From Acinetobacter phage vB_AbaM_DLP2: a stretch of DNA of 24,000 nucleotides. The stretch is from the sequence record OP946502.1; one strand, 5' to 3'. A program made the translations under genes and the position numbers. Below, piece by piece: positions 7,345 to 16,203 of the stretch (position 1 is the first letter of the stretch; every line of letters starts with the position of its first letter). The notes under the pieces were generated by a model. That model saw nothing but the letters and a program-made list of their open reading frames with translations. It was not told the DNA's origin and did no database searches.

Positions 7345-7760
7345 CTATAATTTACTCCCTTCCATACCGTTCGGTCCACATTTGCAACTTCAAGAATATG
7401 GTGTTCGCCTGTATTAATATTCTTGAATACTGTTTTACCTGCCATAAATTCAGCCGACCATTTTGATACGGCGGCTGAGTGTATTTCTCTTGCGAGTGCA
7501 TATGTTCTAGAACTGATAGATTTCTCGGCTCTAGAATTACTCATCCTTCCTAATGCAAATGCCATTTGCTTATTTTTGTGAACTTTATATAACAACATGT
7601 GAGCGATAAAATGTTCTCGGTATGTCAGTTTGACAAGATTACTCGCGTCATCTGTACCGCCCATTGAACGCGGAAGAATGTGATGCCATTCTCCGTGTTC
7701 AATGATTTCGCGTCCTTTAGCCTTATTAATTAATTTATCGTATATCAATGAATAATTCAT
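7293..7760 (-). CDS. HNH homing endonuclease (MobA/MobE-like position), probably truncated by a frameshift
   Basis: EIIEHGEWHHILPRSMGGTDDASNLVKLTYREHFIAHMLLYK; located between gp39 and gp60 homologues as mobA is in T4; start overlaps gp39 stop (ATGA). Confidence 0.88.
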   Translation of the reverse strand: MNYSLIYDKLINKAKGREIIEHGEWHHILPRSMGGTDDASNLVKLTYREHFIAHMLLYKVHKNKQMAFALGRMSNSRAEKSISSRTYALAREIHSAAVSKWSAEFMAGKTVFKNINTGEHHILEVANVDRTVWKGVNYRKKMPRSINIIHVSKII

Positions 7761-9289
7761 AATAAATCTTTAACTTTTTTCCATACACCGTCAATAAAGA
7801 TTTCATCATTTTCATTGACAATTGTGCCATCTTCTAAAGTATAATATTCACCTTCTGGTAAGTATTCACCTGCAGGTTCACCAATAGTTAATCCAGTGAT
7901 TGCACAGATATCGAAAATTTCTTTATTCTTGAGCATTTCTGCAGGTGTCATACCCCATGTATTCATTACTTTACCACGTAATGGATAACCGCCATGAAGT
8001 TCACGATCACGAGTTGAAATTAAATAACCAATCGCAGAATCACCTTCTGTTAAAAATAATGTTGTCTCAACTGTGTCATCACCGTATTTGTTAGCTTTAA
8101 TATGTTTTGCAACTTTTGCCTTTGCAGCTTTCTTTGCAGCACGAGTGTTTGCAGCTTTTTCGGCAGCTAATAACTTTGCAAGAACTGCTTCAATGATAGG
8201 CATCAAAATAGATTCATTTGCAATAAGCATCCGAGCCAATTTCTTGATGTCAATATCAATATGAGCTTTCACTTCACCCCATGGAGAAGTTAATCGTTCT
8301 TTTGTTTGAGAATCAAAACGCATATTAGGCATGTTCTTAATGAATAATAACATAGTCAAGCATTCTTTGATTCGTGCTTTATTAACTTCAACTTTATGGC
8401 GTCGTTTAATTTGCGGAATCAATTCATTTGCCAATTCATCGATCACATAATCAATATGAGAACCTCCAACCTTTGTGTGGATTGCATTGACAAATGACAA
8501 GTGTCTGAATCCATCATCTGAACGCCCAATAGCTAATTGAACATTGTCCGTTTCCATGATGATTGCATCTTCATCATACATTTTAGCGTATTTTTTGAAG
8601 TTTCCAAGTACTCGAACATTGTTGAATTTGAATTGGATGTCTGGGTAAATAACCGCTAAGATTTGTAGACGATCCTCAACAATTTGTTCGATCGTGCTAT
8701 CTATACCATCACAATCAAGCAATGAGAAATCCGGTACAAATGATACTTCAGTACCTTGTTTTCCACCTGCTTTTGTTTTCCAATCAATGTTTGACATGTT
8801 GTCTGAACATTTAACAACGATAGTATTTTCACCATCACATGTTGTACCAATGAATTCTTTAGAGAAAATATTCGTTAATGAACTACCAACACCATTGAGG
8901 CCTGCAGTTTTACGAGTTGCATCATCGCCAAAGTTGCCTCCAGCTTTAGTTCGAGTCCAACAAGCTACAGCGCCAGGTAGTTGAGTGCCTTCTGGAGTAG
9001 TAATCATTGCCTGTGGAATACCACGTCCATTGTCTTTAACTGTAATTTGATTGCCTGAAATTTTGACTTCAATTTTATTTGCAAATGCAAAATCAGTTCG
9101 AATTGCTTCATCTAATGAATTATCAATAATCTCATCAATAATTTTGACTAAAGCCGGAACATATTTAAGTGTTTGAAATTTGCCAAACAAAAACCGATCA
9201 TGGTTTTCTGATGTTGTAGAACCAACATACATGCCTGGACGCTTTAACACATGTTCACGATCAGATAACATTTTAATTTCAGTGCTCAT
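7757..9289 (-). CDS. 39: DNA topoisomerase II large subunit, N-terminal ATPase part (gp39 homologue)
   Basis: LKRPGMYVGSTT, IIDEIIDNSLDEAI, VKDNGRGIP, GAVACWTRTKAGGNFGDD, TAGLNGVGSS, LFLTEGDSAIGYLISTRDRELHGGYPLRGKVMNTWGMTPAEMLKNKEIFDICAITGL. Confidence 0.96.
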   Translation of the reverse strand: MSTEIKMLSDREHVLKRPGMYVGSTTSENHDRFLFGKFQTLKYVPALVKIIDEIIDNSLDEAIRTDFAFANKIEVKISGNQITVKDNGRGIPQAMITTPEGTQLPGAVACWTRTKAGGNFGDDATRKTAGLNGVGSSLTNIFSKEFIGTTCDGENTIVVKCSDNMSNIDWKTKAGGKQGTEVSFVPDFSLLDCDGIDSTIEQIVEDRLQILAVIYPDIQFKFNNVRVLGNFKKYAKMYDEDAIIMETDNVQLAIGRSDDGFRHLSFVNAIHTKVGGSHIDYVIDELANELIPQIKRRHKVEVNKARIKECLTMLLFIKNMPNMRFDSQTKERLTSPWGEVKAHIDIDIKKLARMLIANESILMPIIEAVLAKLLAAEKAANTRAAKKAAKAKVAKHIKANKYGDDTVETTLFLTEGDSAIGYLISTRDRELHGGYPLRGKVMNTWGMTPAEMLKNKEIFDICAITGLTIGEPAGEYLPEGEYYTLEDGTIVNENDEIFIDGVWKKVKDLL

Positions 9290-9367
9290 CGCAACTCCAA
9301 CGTAATTAGGTTATTGAAAATTATAATTCAATAATGTTAAAGCAAAGGGAGCTAATGCTCCCTTAAA

Positions 9368-9934
9368 TTATTGTTCAAAGTACTTCTTCTCGGCTTTACG
9401 TCTATTTGTTAGACCTGGAATAACTTGTAAGACACCTTTAACTCTGCCCTTATTCCATACCAAGAACTGATCTGCTGCACCTGCATAATCTTTCGCATTC
9501 AACTTCTTCAACAATGTTGACCCGGCGAATGCGGTTTCACCAATATTGTATACTAATGAGACTAATGCATCAAATTGTGTCTGTTTTAAAGGAACAGTCA
9601 CAAGTTTATTAACAGCTCTGACGAATTTTTGGAGATCGTTTTTCATATACGCTTTAGCTTGAGCTTCAGTGCAAGTATCGCCTTTCTTAACAGCAACGCC
9701 ATTAGGGTAACGAGTTGTCCCGTATCCGATAGTCCAAACACCCACACTATCAAGATAAGCCGAAGTTCTAAGCCCCTCAAATTGTCTGATCAAATCAACG
9801 CCAAGATCTGAAATATTTACTTCACTCGGCGCTAATGTATTGTTGATTACTTTATTAAGTTCATCGACTTGAGCTTGTGTCAATTTTCCGCCAGCTATTT
9901 CACGAGCTGCATCAAAAAATGGCTTAACATCCAT
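9368..9934 (-). CDS. GH24 lysozyme / endolysin, 188 aa
   Basis: DLIRQFEGLRTSAYLDSVGVWTIGYGTTRYPNG with Glu, Asp and Thr of the E-x8-D-x5-T lysozyme signature; LVSLVYNIGETAFAGSTLLKKLNAKDY. Confidence 0.93.
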   Translation of the reverse strand: MDVKPFFDAAREIAGGKLTQAQVDELNKVINNTLAPSEVNISDLGVDLIRQFEGLRTSAYLDSVGVWTIGYGTTRYPNGVAVKKGDTCTEAQAKAYMKNDLQKFVRAVNKLVTVPLKQTQFDALVSLVYNIGETAFAGSTLLKKLNAKDYAGAADQFLVWNKGRVKGVLQVIPGLTNRRKAEKKYFEQ

Positions 9935-9973
9935 AATACTTTCCCATAGTTAAAGAAAGTATTTATGATATGT

Positions 9974-10417
9974 TTATGCTATAGCAGAATAAGCTCCTTC
10001 AATTGCCAATCTTTGATGTAATCGTGGAAATTGAATAATGTTGTCAGGAATAGCAGATGCAGAACTATGCGGACGAATTATCGGTATCTGAGCTTCAACC
10101 GCTACCGGTGCAATAGGTGCAAAATATTTAATGCACTCTGCTCGAATATAACACTCTTCTACACGCATGCCATTAATGCTCGCAGAGTAAACACTACCTA
10201 CAGCTGAACGATGAACACTAAGTGTTCGACTTTGGTCGCCTGAATTAAGTAGTTTCATCATCAACGAAAAATAATGTCCTGGTAATTCCACATTACCCTC
10301 TTTAGTTTTGAGATCCTCTGTTGATAGACCTTTAGAATCTATCAACAAATATTCTGCACCTGTTTCAAAACCTTTCATCGTGTTCTCCTTAAACTTCTTT
10401 GAAAATTCGAGTGCCAT
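9974..10417 (-). CDS. hypothetical protein, 147 aa
   Basis: Long ORF in operon orientation; start overlaps the end of the upstream gene. Confidence 0.6.
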   Translation of the reverse strand: MALEFSKKFKENTMKGFETGAEYLLIDSKGLSTEDLKTKEGNVELPGHYFSLMMKLLNSGDQSRTLSVHRSAVGSVYSASINGMRVEECYIRAECIKYFAPIAPVAVEAQIPIIRPHSSASAIPDNIIQFPRLHQRLAIEGAYSAIA

Positions 10418-10631
10418 TTGCAGTAATTTCTTTGATTGCTACGAAATCGATTTCGTTGTCTTTGATGACGAAAAGAACTTGATTGGTTTCAAGATGATTG
10501 TGAAAATGTTTCTCAACAACAGTTAATTCAGGGTTAGTGAGAATTGCATCAAATTCAGCTTGAGAGATAGCAGTTGTATTTGCAGGTTTAGGCATTTTAT
10601 TAACTTTTGCGATAAGAGCTTGTTTGTTCAT
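10389..10631 (-). CDS. hypothetical protein, 80 aa
   Basis: ORF with SD (GAGGAAATTATC-ATG), downstream of a strong promoter. Confidence 0.65.
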   Translation of the reverse strand: MNKQALIAKVNKMPKPANTTAISQAEFDAILTNPELTVVEKHFHNHLETNQVLFVIKDNEIDFVAIKEITANGTRIFKEV

Positions 10632-10669
10632 GATAATTTCCTCAATTTGATTAATGATTTGATATGTCT

Positions 10670-10698
10670 ATTATAACAACAATGGCCCAAGATGTAAA
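10670..10698 (-). promoter_or_regulatory. sigma70-type early promoter, TTTACA-N17-TATAAT
   Basis: -35 at 10698..10693 and -10 at 10675..10670 on the minus strand. Confidence 0.75.
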
Positions 10699-10727
10699 CA
10701 TCCAAGGCCATATATTTTTTGATTTTT

Positions 10728-11387
10728 TTACACTGTAAATGGGTCAATATCTTCAGGTGCAGGAATTTCTTCTAACTGCAATGCGTATCGCTGTGCCATT
10801 TTGAGCATGATAACATCTTTTGCGCAGTCGTGAATTGAGTCGTGATGCACAAAGCCATCAAGAATTCCTTTACGCAAAGGCGTCTTGCTCATTCCACGAA
10901 CTAATGAATATGCTTCAATTGCAGTTCGAATGTCACGTTGACAATGGAATTTGATAGGCTCAAGCTTATCTGTGTCATTCGTTTTAAATGTTTGACGAAT
11001 CATATCAACAAAGATAGGAAAGTCAAAAGACATGCCTCTGCACCATCCTTGTGATTTCCATTGATTGATTCCATTCTCTTTCAAGAATGCCAAAATCTGC
11101 GTAACAGCTTCTTCAACTGTGACATCATCTGGCGAAGGCAATAGATTCTTTTTAGCCTCTGGCGATTGTTCCATCCACCACTTTACCGTTGAAGGAGTAG
11201 TTGATCGTACGCCCTTTTGAGATTCAAGATTGAGTTTAAATCGTTTGCCATTTTTGATGAGTTCATCTAAAGGCTGCATGACTTTAGGGTCCGGATCAAA
11301 AATGAGAATTGACACATCTACTACAATACAATCAGGCTTGTTGCCTAAAGTTTCTAAGTCAATAATAAAATCATTATACTTCGCCAT
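10728..11387 (-). CDS. dexA: DexA-like 3'-5' exonuclease, 219 aa
   Basis: DFIIDLETLG, VSILIFDPDPKV, LNLESQKG, WKSQGWCRGMSFDFPIFVDMIR, FHCQRDIRT, LDGFVHHDSIHDCAKDVIMLKMAQRYA; T4 DexA-like with DEDDh residues. Confidence 0.94.
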   Translation of the reverse strand: MAKYNDFIIDLETLGNKPDCIVVDVSILIFDPDPKVMQPLDELIKNGKRFKLNLESQKGVRSTTPSTVKWWMEQSPEAKKNLLPSPDDVTVEEAVTQILAFLKENGINQWKSQGWCRGMSFDFPIFVDMIRQTFKTNDTDKLEPIKFHCQRDIRTAIEAYSLVRGMSKTPLRKGILDGFVHHDSIHDCAKDVIMLKMAQRYALQLEEIPAPEDIDPFTV

Positions 11388-11733
11388 TGATATACACCCA
11401 ATCAGTAATTAAAGTTCTAATGTCTGCAAGAATTTGCATATCGACATCGATATGTGTTATAGATTTAGAGCAAACATAATTAGTATGTTCGTTTGCCCAA
11501 TTTGCAATATCCAAACCCGTTCTTCGTAAACGTTCAAGATGCCCTTTAATTTTGAAATGCAAGGAATCTTCTGTGATACCTTCACCATAACGATTACTCA
11601 ATACAGCCTGTGATGCCACATCCTTTCTAAATGTGTATTCAGAAAATGTTTTAACATCTATTGCACTCAAACTACCATACAATGCATTTAACATTTCTAC
11701 TGGTACGCTTAATGTTCCTTTGCTATTAGCCAT
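11374..11733 (-). CDS. hypothetical protein, 119 aa
   Basis: ORF overlapping both neighbours by a few nt, operon style. Confidence 0.6.
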   Translation of the reverse strand: MANSKGTLSVPVEMLNALYGSLSAIDVKTFSEYTFRKDVASQAVLSNRYGEGITEDSLHFKIKGHLERLRRTGLDIANWANEHTNYVCSKSITHIDVDMQILADIRTLITDWVYINGEV

Positions 11734-12055
11734 TTTGCTTCGCCCTTATTTTCAATACAACATGCAAAACGACTACTTCGTTGTACTGGCTCAATGCAGA
11801 TTCAGGAACATATACTTTAATAGGATCATCTACGATTTCATTGACCATACGAGCATTATTGATCTTTTGTGATAGCGATTTGCTAAATTGATCAACCCAT
11901 TGGTGAACACGAACACCCATGCTGATGCATTGACTGTTATAATAAGATTCGCCTTTAAGCCTAATGATTGAGTCACGGACTTCTTCAATGTAATCGAGCA
12001 GTTGGACAGCTGCTTTAACTGTTAGTGCTATATCAGGTTGCATATTAAAACTCAC
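11726..12055 (-). CDS. hypothetical protein, 109 aa
   Basis: ORF overlapping both neighbours, operon style. Confidence 0.6.
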   Translation of the reverse strand: MSFNMQPDIALTVKAAVQLLDYIEEVRDSIIRLKGESYYNSQCISMGVRVHQWVDQFSKSLSQKINNARMVNEIVDDPIKVYVPESALSQYNEVVVLHVVLKIRAKQNG

Positions 12056-12198
12056 TGGTAAGTGGAATCCAAGTACATCAAATACAAAATCATTAATTGT
12101 TTGATTTGTTGCACATTTGGATCATTCATTTGTTCTTGATTCAGAGATTCAAACAACTTTGAATCAAGCTCTTCACTATATTCATCGTATGTCTTCAT
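12052..12198 (-). CDS. hypothetical protein, 48 aa
   Basis: MKTYDEYSEELDSKLFESLNQEQMNDPNVQQIKQLMILYLMYLDSTYQ*, fills the gap between two ORFs; below the ORF-track length cut-off. Confidence 0.45.
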   Translation of the reverse strand: MKTYDEYSEELDSKLFESLNQEQMNDPNVQQIKQLMILYLMYLDSTYQ

Positions 12199-12440
12199 TA
12201 TACCACAGCTTTAATAGAAGATTGATGCGCTAAAACAATAGAATTGATGTCCATTGCTAATGCAAATGGAATTGTAACCGTTGAAGTAGGTTCACAGTGC
12301 ATTAATGTCGAGTGAAGATTAAAGAATGGCTGAAATGCATAAAATGTATTTCTAACAAAATCGTTTGCGTCTAAGCCGCTATCAATAACGTGACGAATCA
12401 ATTCCATCAACCTAATCAAATCTTTCGCGGTTAAATTCAT
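12198..12440 (-). CDS. hypothetical protein, 80 aa
   Basis: ORF in operon orientation. Confidence 0.6.
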   Translation of the reverse strand: MNLTAKDLIRLMELIRHVIDSGLDANDFVRNTFYAFQPFFNLHSTLMHCEPTSTVTIPFALAMDINSIVLAHQSSIKAVV

Positions 12441-12451
12441 TTTTCATTTCC

Positions 12452-13810
12452 TTAAACGAAGTAAACGTTATGTTTAGCACGAGTTGCTCCGACATAAAGG
12501 AGTTGTTGTGCTAATGCCGGATCAGCGCGATGGATACATGGTGTGAACAAAAACACATTATCTAAAGTTGAACCTTGAGATTTGTGAATAGTTCCACATG
12601 GCAATGGCTTGACTTTATGAAACTGAGCCTTTAAATCCCACCATCCTTTCCAGTTTGGTCGTTTGTCTCTGGCATTTTTAAATTCGCTTGCAGACTTTGA
12701 CATGAAATATTGGAACTTGTTAAGTTCTTGTTCATCGTGAATCACTTTGATCATATCAACTGCATCTGAGTCTACACCTCGAATTTCGAGTTCCCAGACT
12801 TTAATCGAGTCTGAACCTTTAAAGCCCTTGATGAATAAGTTGACATATTTTTCACGACAGTTAATAATTCTTACTAGTTCACCATTATTGAAAATAACTT
12901 CAGTAAATGTTTTGCCTTCAAATGTATGACTTCGCATCAATGGCTCTTGCATAACTAAGACTTCATCTTTGATGTAAGGCACAGTAGTCTGATATAACTT
13001 TTTACGAATAATGTTATTCAAATCATTAACCGATTTATTAGTGAATGCTAACATTCGATTATCAAATAGGTCATCAGGATCTTTGACGATTTCAAAGTAC
13101 TTTGTTAAAAACGCAGCTACTGATCCGCCATTAGATCGAACCATTGAATGAACACCTTGTCCATCCACAAGATTCTCACGAATCCAACCGCCTTTACGAA
13201 TTTCTGTTGCAACTTCGATAATTGGAGCATTTGAGCGCATAACTTCAGTCAATGAAACTTGTTGAAACTTGTCATTGAAGAAGAACGCAGAAAGTTCTGG
13301 TGTGGTAGAGTTAGGAGCTACAGGACGGATCTGCGCTATATCGCCTAAGCCGATAATTGTACACCATGGCGGAATAGATGCCATTAAAATTCTGAATAAT
13401 TCTCGATCATACATCGAAACTTCATCACAGATTAAAACACGACAATCTGACAAATCTGGATCGTCTGATTGCTGAAAGACTGTAGAATCTTCGTATGTGG
13501 TAGGATTAATCTTTAACAATGAATGAATTGTTGATGCTTCCATACCTGAAAGTTTTGCTAAAACTTTCTTTGCTTGGTGTGTAGGAGCTGCAAGCATTAC
13601 ACCCTTTTCACCACTCGAAATCAAATGATTGATCAAAAAGCGTGTAAGTGTAGTTTTACCTGTACCTGCAGGCCCATTGATTGTAATATGTGGCTTTACT
13701 TCACATGATGAAGTCGTTGCCATCATAGATTTAGTTGAAATGACTTTGATTACTGCATCAAATGCGGCTCGTTGTCCTTCATTTAAATCTTCTAACTTCA
13801 AATCATTCAT
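12452..13810 (-). CDS. dda: Dda-like SF1B DNA helicase, 452 aa
   Basis: Walker A NGPAGTGKTTLTRFLINHL, LAAPTHQAKKVLAKLSG, CDEVSMYDRELF, IGLGDIAQIRPV, CGTIHKSQGSTLDNVFL, LLYVGATRAKHNVY; long similarity to T4 Dda. Confidence 0.95.
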   Translation of the reverse strand: MNDLKLEDLNEGQRAAFDAVIKVISTKSMMATTSSCEVKPHITINGPAGTGKTTLTRFLINHLISSGEKGVMLAAPTHQAKKVLAKLSGMEASTIHSLLKINPTTYEDSTVFQQSDDPDLSDCRVLICDEVSMYDRELFRILMASIPPWCTIIGLGDIAQIRPVAPNSTTPELSAFFFNDKFQQVSLTEVMRSNAPIIEVATEIRKGGWIRENLVDGQGVHSMVRSNGGSVAAFLTKYFEIVKDPDDLFDNRMLAFTNKSVNDLNNIIRKKLYQTTVPYIKDEVLVMQEPLMRSHTFEGKTFTEVIFNNGELVRIINCREKYVNLFIKGFKGSDSIKVWELEIRGVDSDAVDMIKVIHDEQELNKFQYFMSKSASEFKNARDKRPNWKGWWDLKAQFHKVKPLPCGTIHKSQGSTLDNVFLFTPCIHRADPALAQQLLYVGATRAKHNVYFV

Positions 13811-13851
13811 AATCTTTAAACCATAAACATTTTCTAATATTATAAACTATG

Positions 13852-14148
13852 TCAAGCTACTTTAACTTGCTTAACAAACATAGTCTTTAATTGCCTAGTC
13901 ATGAGCTCACGAGCATAAGCCGGCACTTCAGGACGTTCAATTTCTTTGACAGCTTTGATGCCAAATAACTTGCGTTCAGCTTTGAACTCTTTAGTTGGGT
14001 TCAAGATATTAGTGATTTTATCTGCGTATTCTCGCATGCCTAAAGTTGCAGAGCGTTCATTTGGAAATATTTTGATGACACCTAATTCTGATAGTGCTTC
14101 ATCAAATCCATCTTTGTCTTTATAAAATACCGCATAACCACTAATCAT
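13852..14148 (-). CDS. hypothetical protein, 98 aa
   Basis: ORF overlapping its upstream neighbour by 4 nt. Confidence 0.6.
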   Translation of the reverse strand: MISGYAVFYKDKDGFDEALSELGVIKIFPNERSATLGMREYADKITNILNPTKEFKAERKLFGIKAVKEIERPEVPAYARELMTRQLKTMFVKQVKVA

Positions 14149-14510
14149 TTTGAATCTCCAAATTGCTCTACACCCTTTAATGTAACTTTGAAGTGCTCAC
14201 GAATTTGTTCTTCAACTTGCTTACGACATTCAGATAAAACCATGTCTTCGATGGTCGATCGCTTTCTGGTCAACCAGCCGTCATCTCTATTGATTATGCC
14301 GTTAAGGTATTGTTGGATGATTGCATTTACTTGTTTTTCGATGAATCTCTCAAGATTATATGCTGCAAACAATTTGTGTACTCGAGATTCAACTTGTTCT
14401 TTGAGAACCTCTCGATATAGTTGTAACATATCATCTTTATTAATTCCATTGCCTGCAATGAGATTTTTGATATGACGTTTTACAGTTTCAATGTTAAATT
14501 CCTCAGTCAT
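14145..14510 (-). CDS. hypothetical protein, 121 aa, charged/helical
   Basis: ORF in operon orientation. Confidence 0.6.
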   Translation of the reverse strand: MTEEFNIETVKRHIKNLIAGNGINKDDMLQLYREVLKEQVESRVHKLFAAYNLERFIEKQVNAIIQQYLNGIINRDDGWLTRKRSTIEDMVLSECRKQVEEQIREHFKVTLKGVEQFGDSK

Positions 14511-14511
14511 G

Positions 14512-14976
14512 TTACTCTCCCAACATTTCGTTTACTTTGATGAATAGATCGCCAGTCTTTCCACCATTTTTATCAGGGTGAATAGCAAATCTAATTCGTT
14601 TAAGTTCTGCCATAGAAAACTCATCTTTTCCTACAGGCTTTTGATCCCTTTTGAGAATATCTTCAAAGTTTGCCTTTGAAGTAAACTCTCTAGCTTTCAG
14701 TTTTACAACAAGCTCATATTCCTTTAGAAGCTTGTTGTAATCATCCACATTCATGTTATGTTTCTTTTCTAAGCGAAGATACAGATCCTTGAGCCTATTT
14801 CTATTGTTGACTACATCATTGTAGTCGTACACAAGCTCTTTGTACTTTCTATGAAATATTGTGTATTGGTTGTAGAAGTGCAAGAAGCCTGCATATCCAC
14901 CCATCATCAACAGAAAAATTACTAAGAAGTCCATTCTAATTTCCTCAGATCTTGTTAATAAGACAATTATAACCAA
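14512..14976 (-). CDS. membrane-anchored protein with C-terminal J-domain-like segment
   Basis: N-terminal hydrophobic helix MDFLVIFLLMMGGYAGFLHFY; C-terminal FSMAELKRIRFAIHPDKNGGKTGDLFIKVNEMLGE with HPD motif; likely start is the internal MDFLV. Confidence 0.65.
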   Translation of the reverse strand: MVIIVLLTRSEEIRMDFLVIFLLMMGGYAGFLHFYNQYTIFHRKYKELVYDYNDVVNNRNRLKDLYLRLEKKHNMNVDDYNKLLKEYELVVKLKAREFTSKANFEDILKRDQKPVGKDEFSMAELKRIRFAIHPDKNGGKTGDLFIKVNEMLGE

Positions 14977-15898
14977 CTTTATGTTTAAGCAACTTATATG
15001 TTGGTGTACTTAAAGGTAATCCTAATTTGATGCGTGCTTTATCACCATCTGATAAGTTTTCAAACTTGATTAATGCAGGCTTGATGATAGTTTTGAGTCT
15101 ATGCATATTGTAATAGATTTTTTCTAATTCGTTTTTCAATCTACTGATAGCATTTTCATGATATGAAATTTCATTAGCTGCGGCTTTAAACTCGATCGGT
15201 TTAAGATTAAGTGTTTCACCATTACTTGTTGCACAATTTTTGTAGAACTTGTTCAACGCTTTAGCCGATGCAAGTAAAGCCGATTTCAGCGACTCTGCCT
15301 TTTCAGTATGCACAGTTAAAAGACGATTAATCTTTTTAGCTTTAGCTTTTCCTACAGGTTGTCCATTTTTTGCGATCAATGTAGCTTCAGTTTCTCTAAT
15401 TAATGCAATACGACGTTCATACGAAGCTTTAGTGTTTTCATGAACTTCTAATAACTTTTTCCAGCGTGGCAGATGCTTAGGATGAATCTTAGGCTTATTG
15501 TACTCTTTGTTCACTGCATCTTTGAGTGCATTAGCTGCAGTAATAGTACCTATTGCAATAGAATGAAATGTTACTTCTGCTTCTTTGGTGATAGCCATTG
15601 AATTCAATTCATTAATACGAGCATCGATTGTAGCGGAAGTTAGATCACTGCGTAAAGTGTTTAATTCACGTCGTACCGGAATAACATTACCGTCAATATA
15701 GCCAATGGTATTATCAATACGTTCTAATGACATAGACGCGGTTTCATTTTCTTCAAAAGGCATACCGGAATATGCGCATAGTGTTTGATGTTTAATATTA
15801 GCAAATGTAGACAATGACATATCAAATTTGATACCACGTAATTTAGCATTCTTAGCTTTGTTTACGAAACATTCCGCAATTTTGATGTTAGAGATCAT
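14945..15898 (-). CDS. protein with N-terminal HNH-like module and long helical C-terminus, 317 aa
   Basis: CAYSGMPFEENETASMSLERIDNTIGYIDGNVIPVRRELNTLRSD resembles C-x-x-(T/S)-G...S-(L/I)-x-R-I-D-N-x-x-G-Y-x-x-G-N-V...N modules of phage HNH proteins. Confidence 0.6.
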   Translation of the reverse strand: MISNIKIAECFVNKAKNAKLRGIKFDMSLSTFANIKHQTLCAYSGMPFEENETASMSLERIDNTIGYIDGNVIPVRRELNTLRSDLTSATIDARINELNSMAITKEAEVTFHSIAIGTITAANALKDAVNKEYNKPKIHPKHLPRWKKLLEVHENTKASYERRIALIRETEATLIAKNGQPVGKAKAKKINRLLTVHTEKAESLKSALLASAKALNKFYKNCATSNGETLNLKPIEFKAAANEISYHENAISRLKNELEKIYYNMHRLKTIIKPALIKFENLSDGDKARIKLGLPLSTPTYKLLKHKVGYNCLINKI

Positions 15899-16020
15899 TT
15901 CGATGCTCCTTTTGTCATTGATGAACGTTCACAAAGATAGATAATTGCAAGAGTAGCAAAGAATGCCAAAATAAAAATTGAAAATGTCATATTAATTTAC
16001 TCATTTAGTTGATATGACTT

Positions 16021-16049
16021 ATAGTATCAAACTGTGTCTTAGATGTAAA
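16021..16049 (-). promoter_or_regulatory. sigma70-type early promoter, TTTACA-N17-TACTAT
   Basis: -35 at 16049..16044 and -10 at 16026..16021 on the minus strand, upstream of the 317-aa ORF. Confidence 0.65.
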
Positions 16050-16081
16050 TAGCCTGTGTGATTAAATTTTGATCATGTAAA

Positions 16082-16103
16082 TGTAAAGCACGCGTGCTTT
16101 ACA
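16082..16103. repeat. 22-bp perfect palindrome TGTAAAGCACGCGTGCTTTACA (operator-like)
   Basis: Exact self-complementarity read directly; spans the expected -35 position of the plus-strand promoter at 16113..16121. Confidence 0.9.
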
Positions 16104-16112
16104 AAATTTTGA

Positions 16113-16121
16113 TGGTATAAT
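16113..16121 (+). promoter_or_regulatory. extended -10 promoter TGG-TATAAT for the plus-strand block
   Basis: TGnTATAAT in the divergent intergenic region, no good -35. Confidence 0.5.
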
Positions 16122-16178
16122 GGTTCTACCGGTTCACCGCTCTAATTATATCTGCCGTTCGGTCGGATAATATATGCT

Positions 16179-16203
16179 GCTGCGCAGCCGGCGCTGTGCG
16201 CCG
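16179..16203 (+). repeat. GC-rich adjacent inverted repeats in the leader
   Basis: GCTGCGCAGC (16179..16188, 10-nt perfect palindrome) immediately followed by CGGCGC-TGT-GCGCCG (16189..16203). Confidence 0.85.

Noticed and set aside
7325-7347. Programmed -1 frameshift in the HNH gene
   Set aside because: No canonical X_XXY_YYZ slippery heptamer in the correct frame. A 1-nt indel is simpler, though not proven.
8073-8984. Plus-strand ORFs antisense to gp39
   Set aside because: Antisense to a well-conserved gene, with no independent SD or homology.
16122-16203. Possible tRNA in the GC-rich region (GGTTCACCGC resembles a T-loop)
   Set aside because: No acceptor/anticodon arm pairing of the right length could be drawn by eye. 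Treated as structured leader instead.
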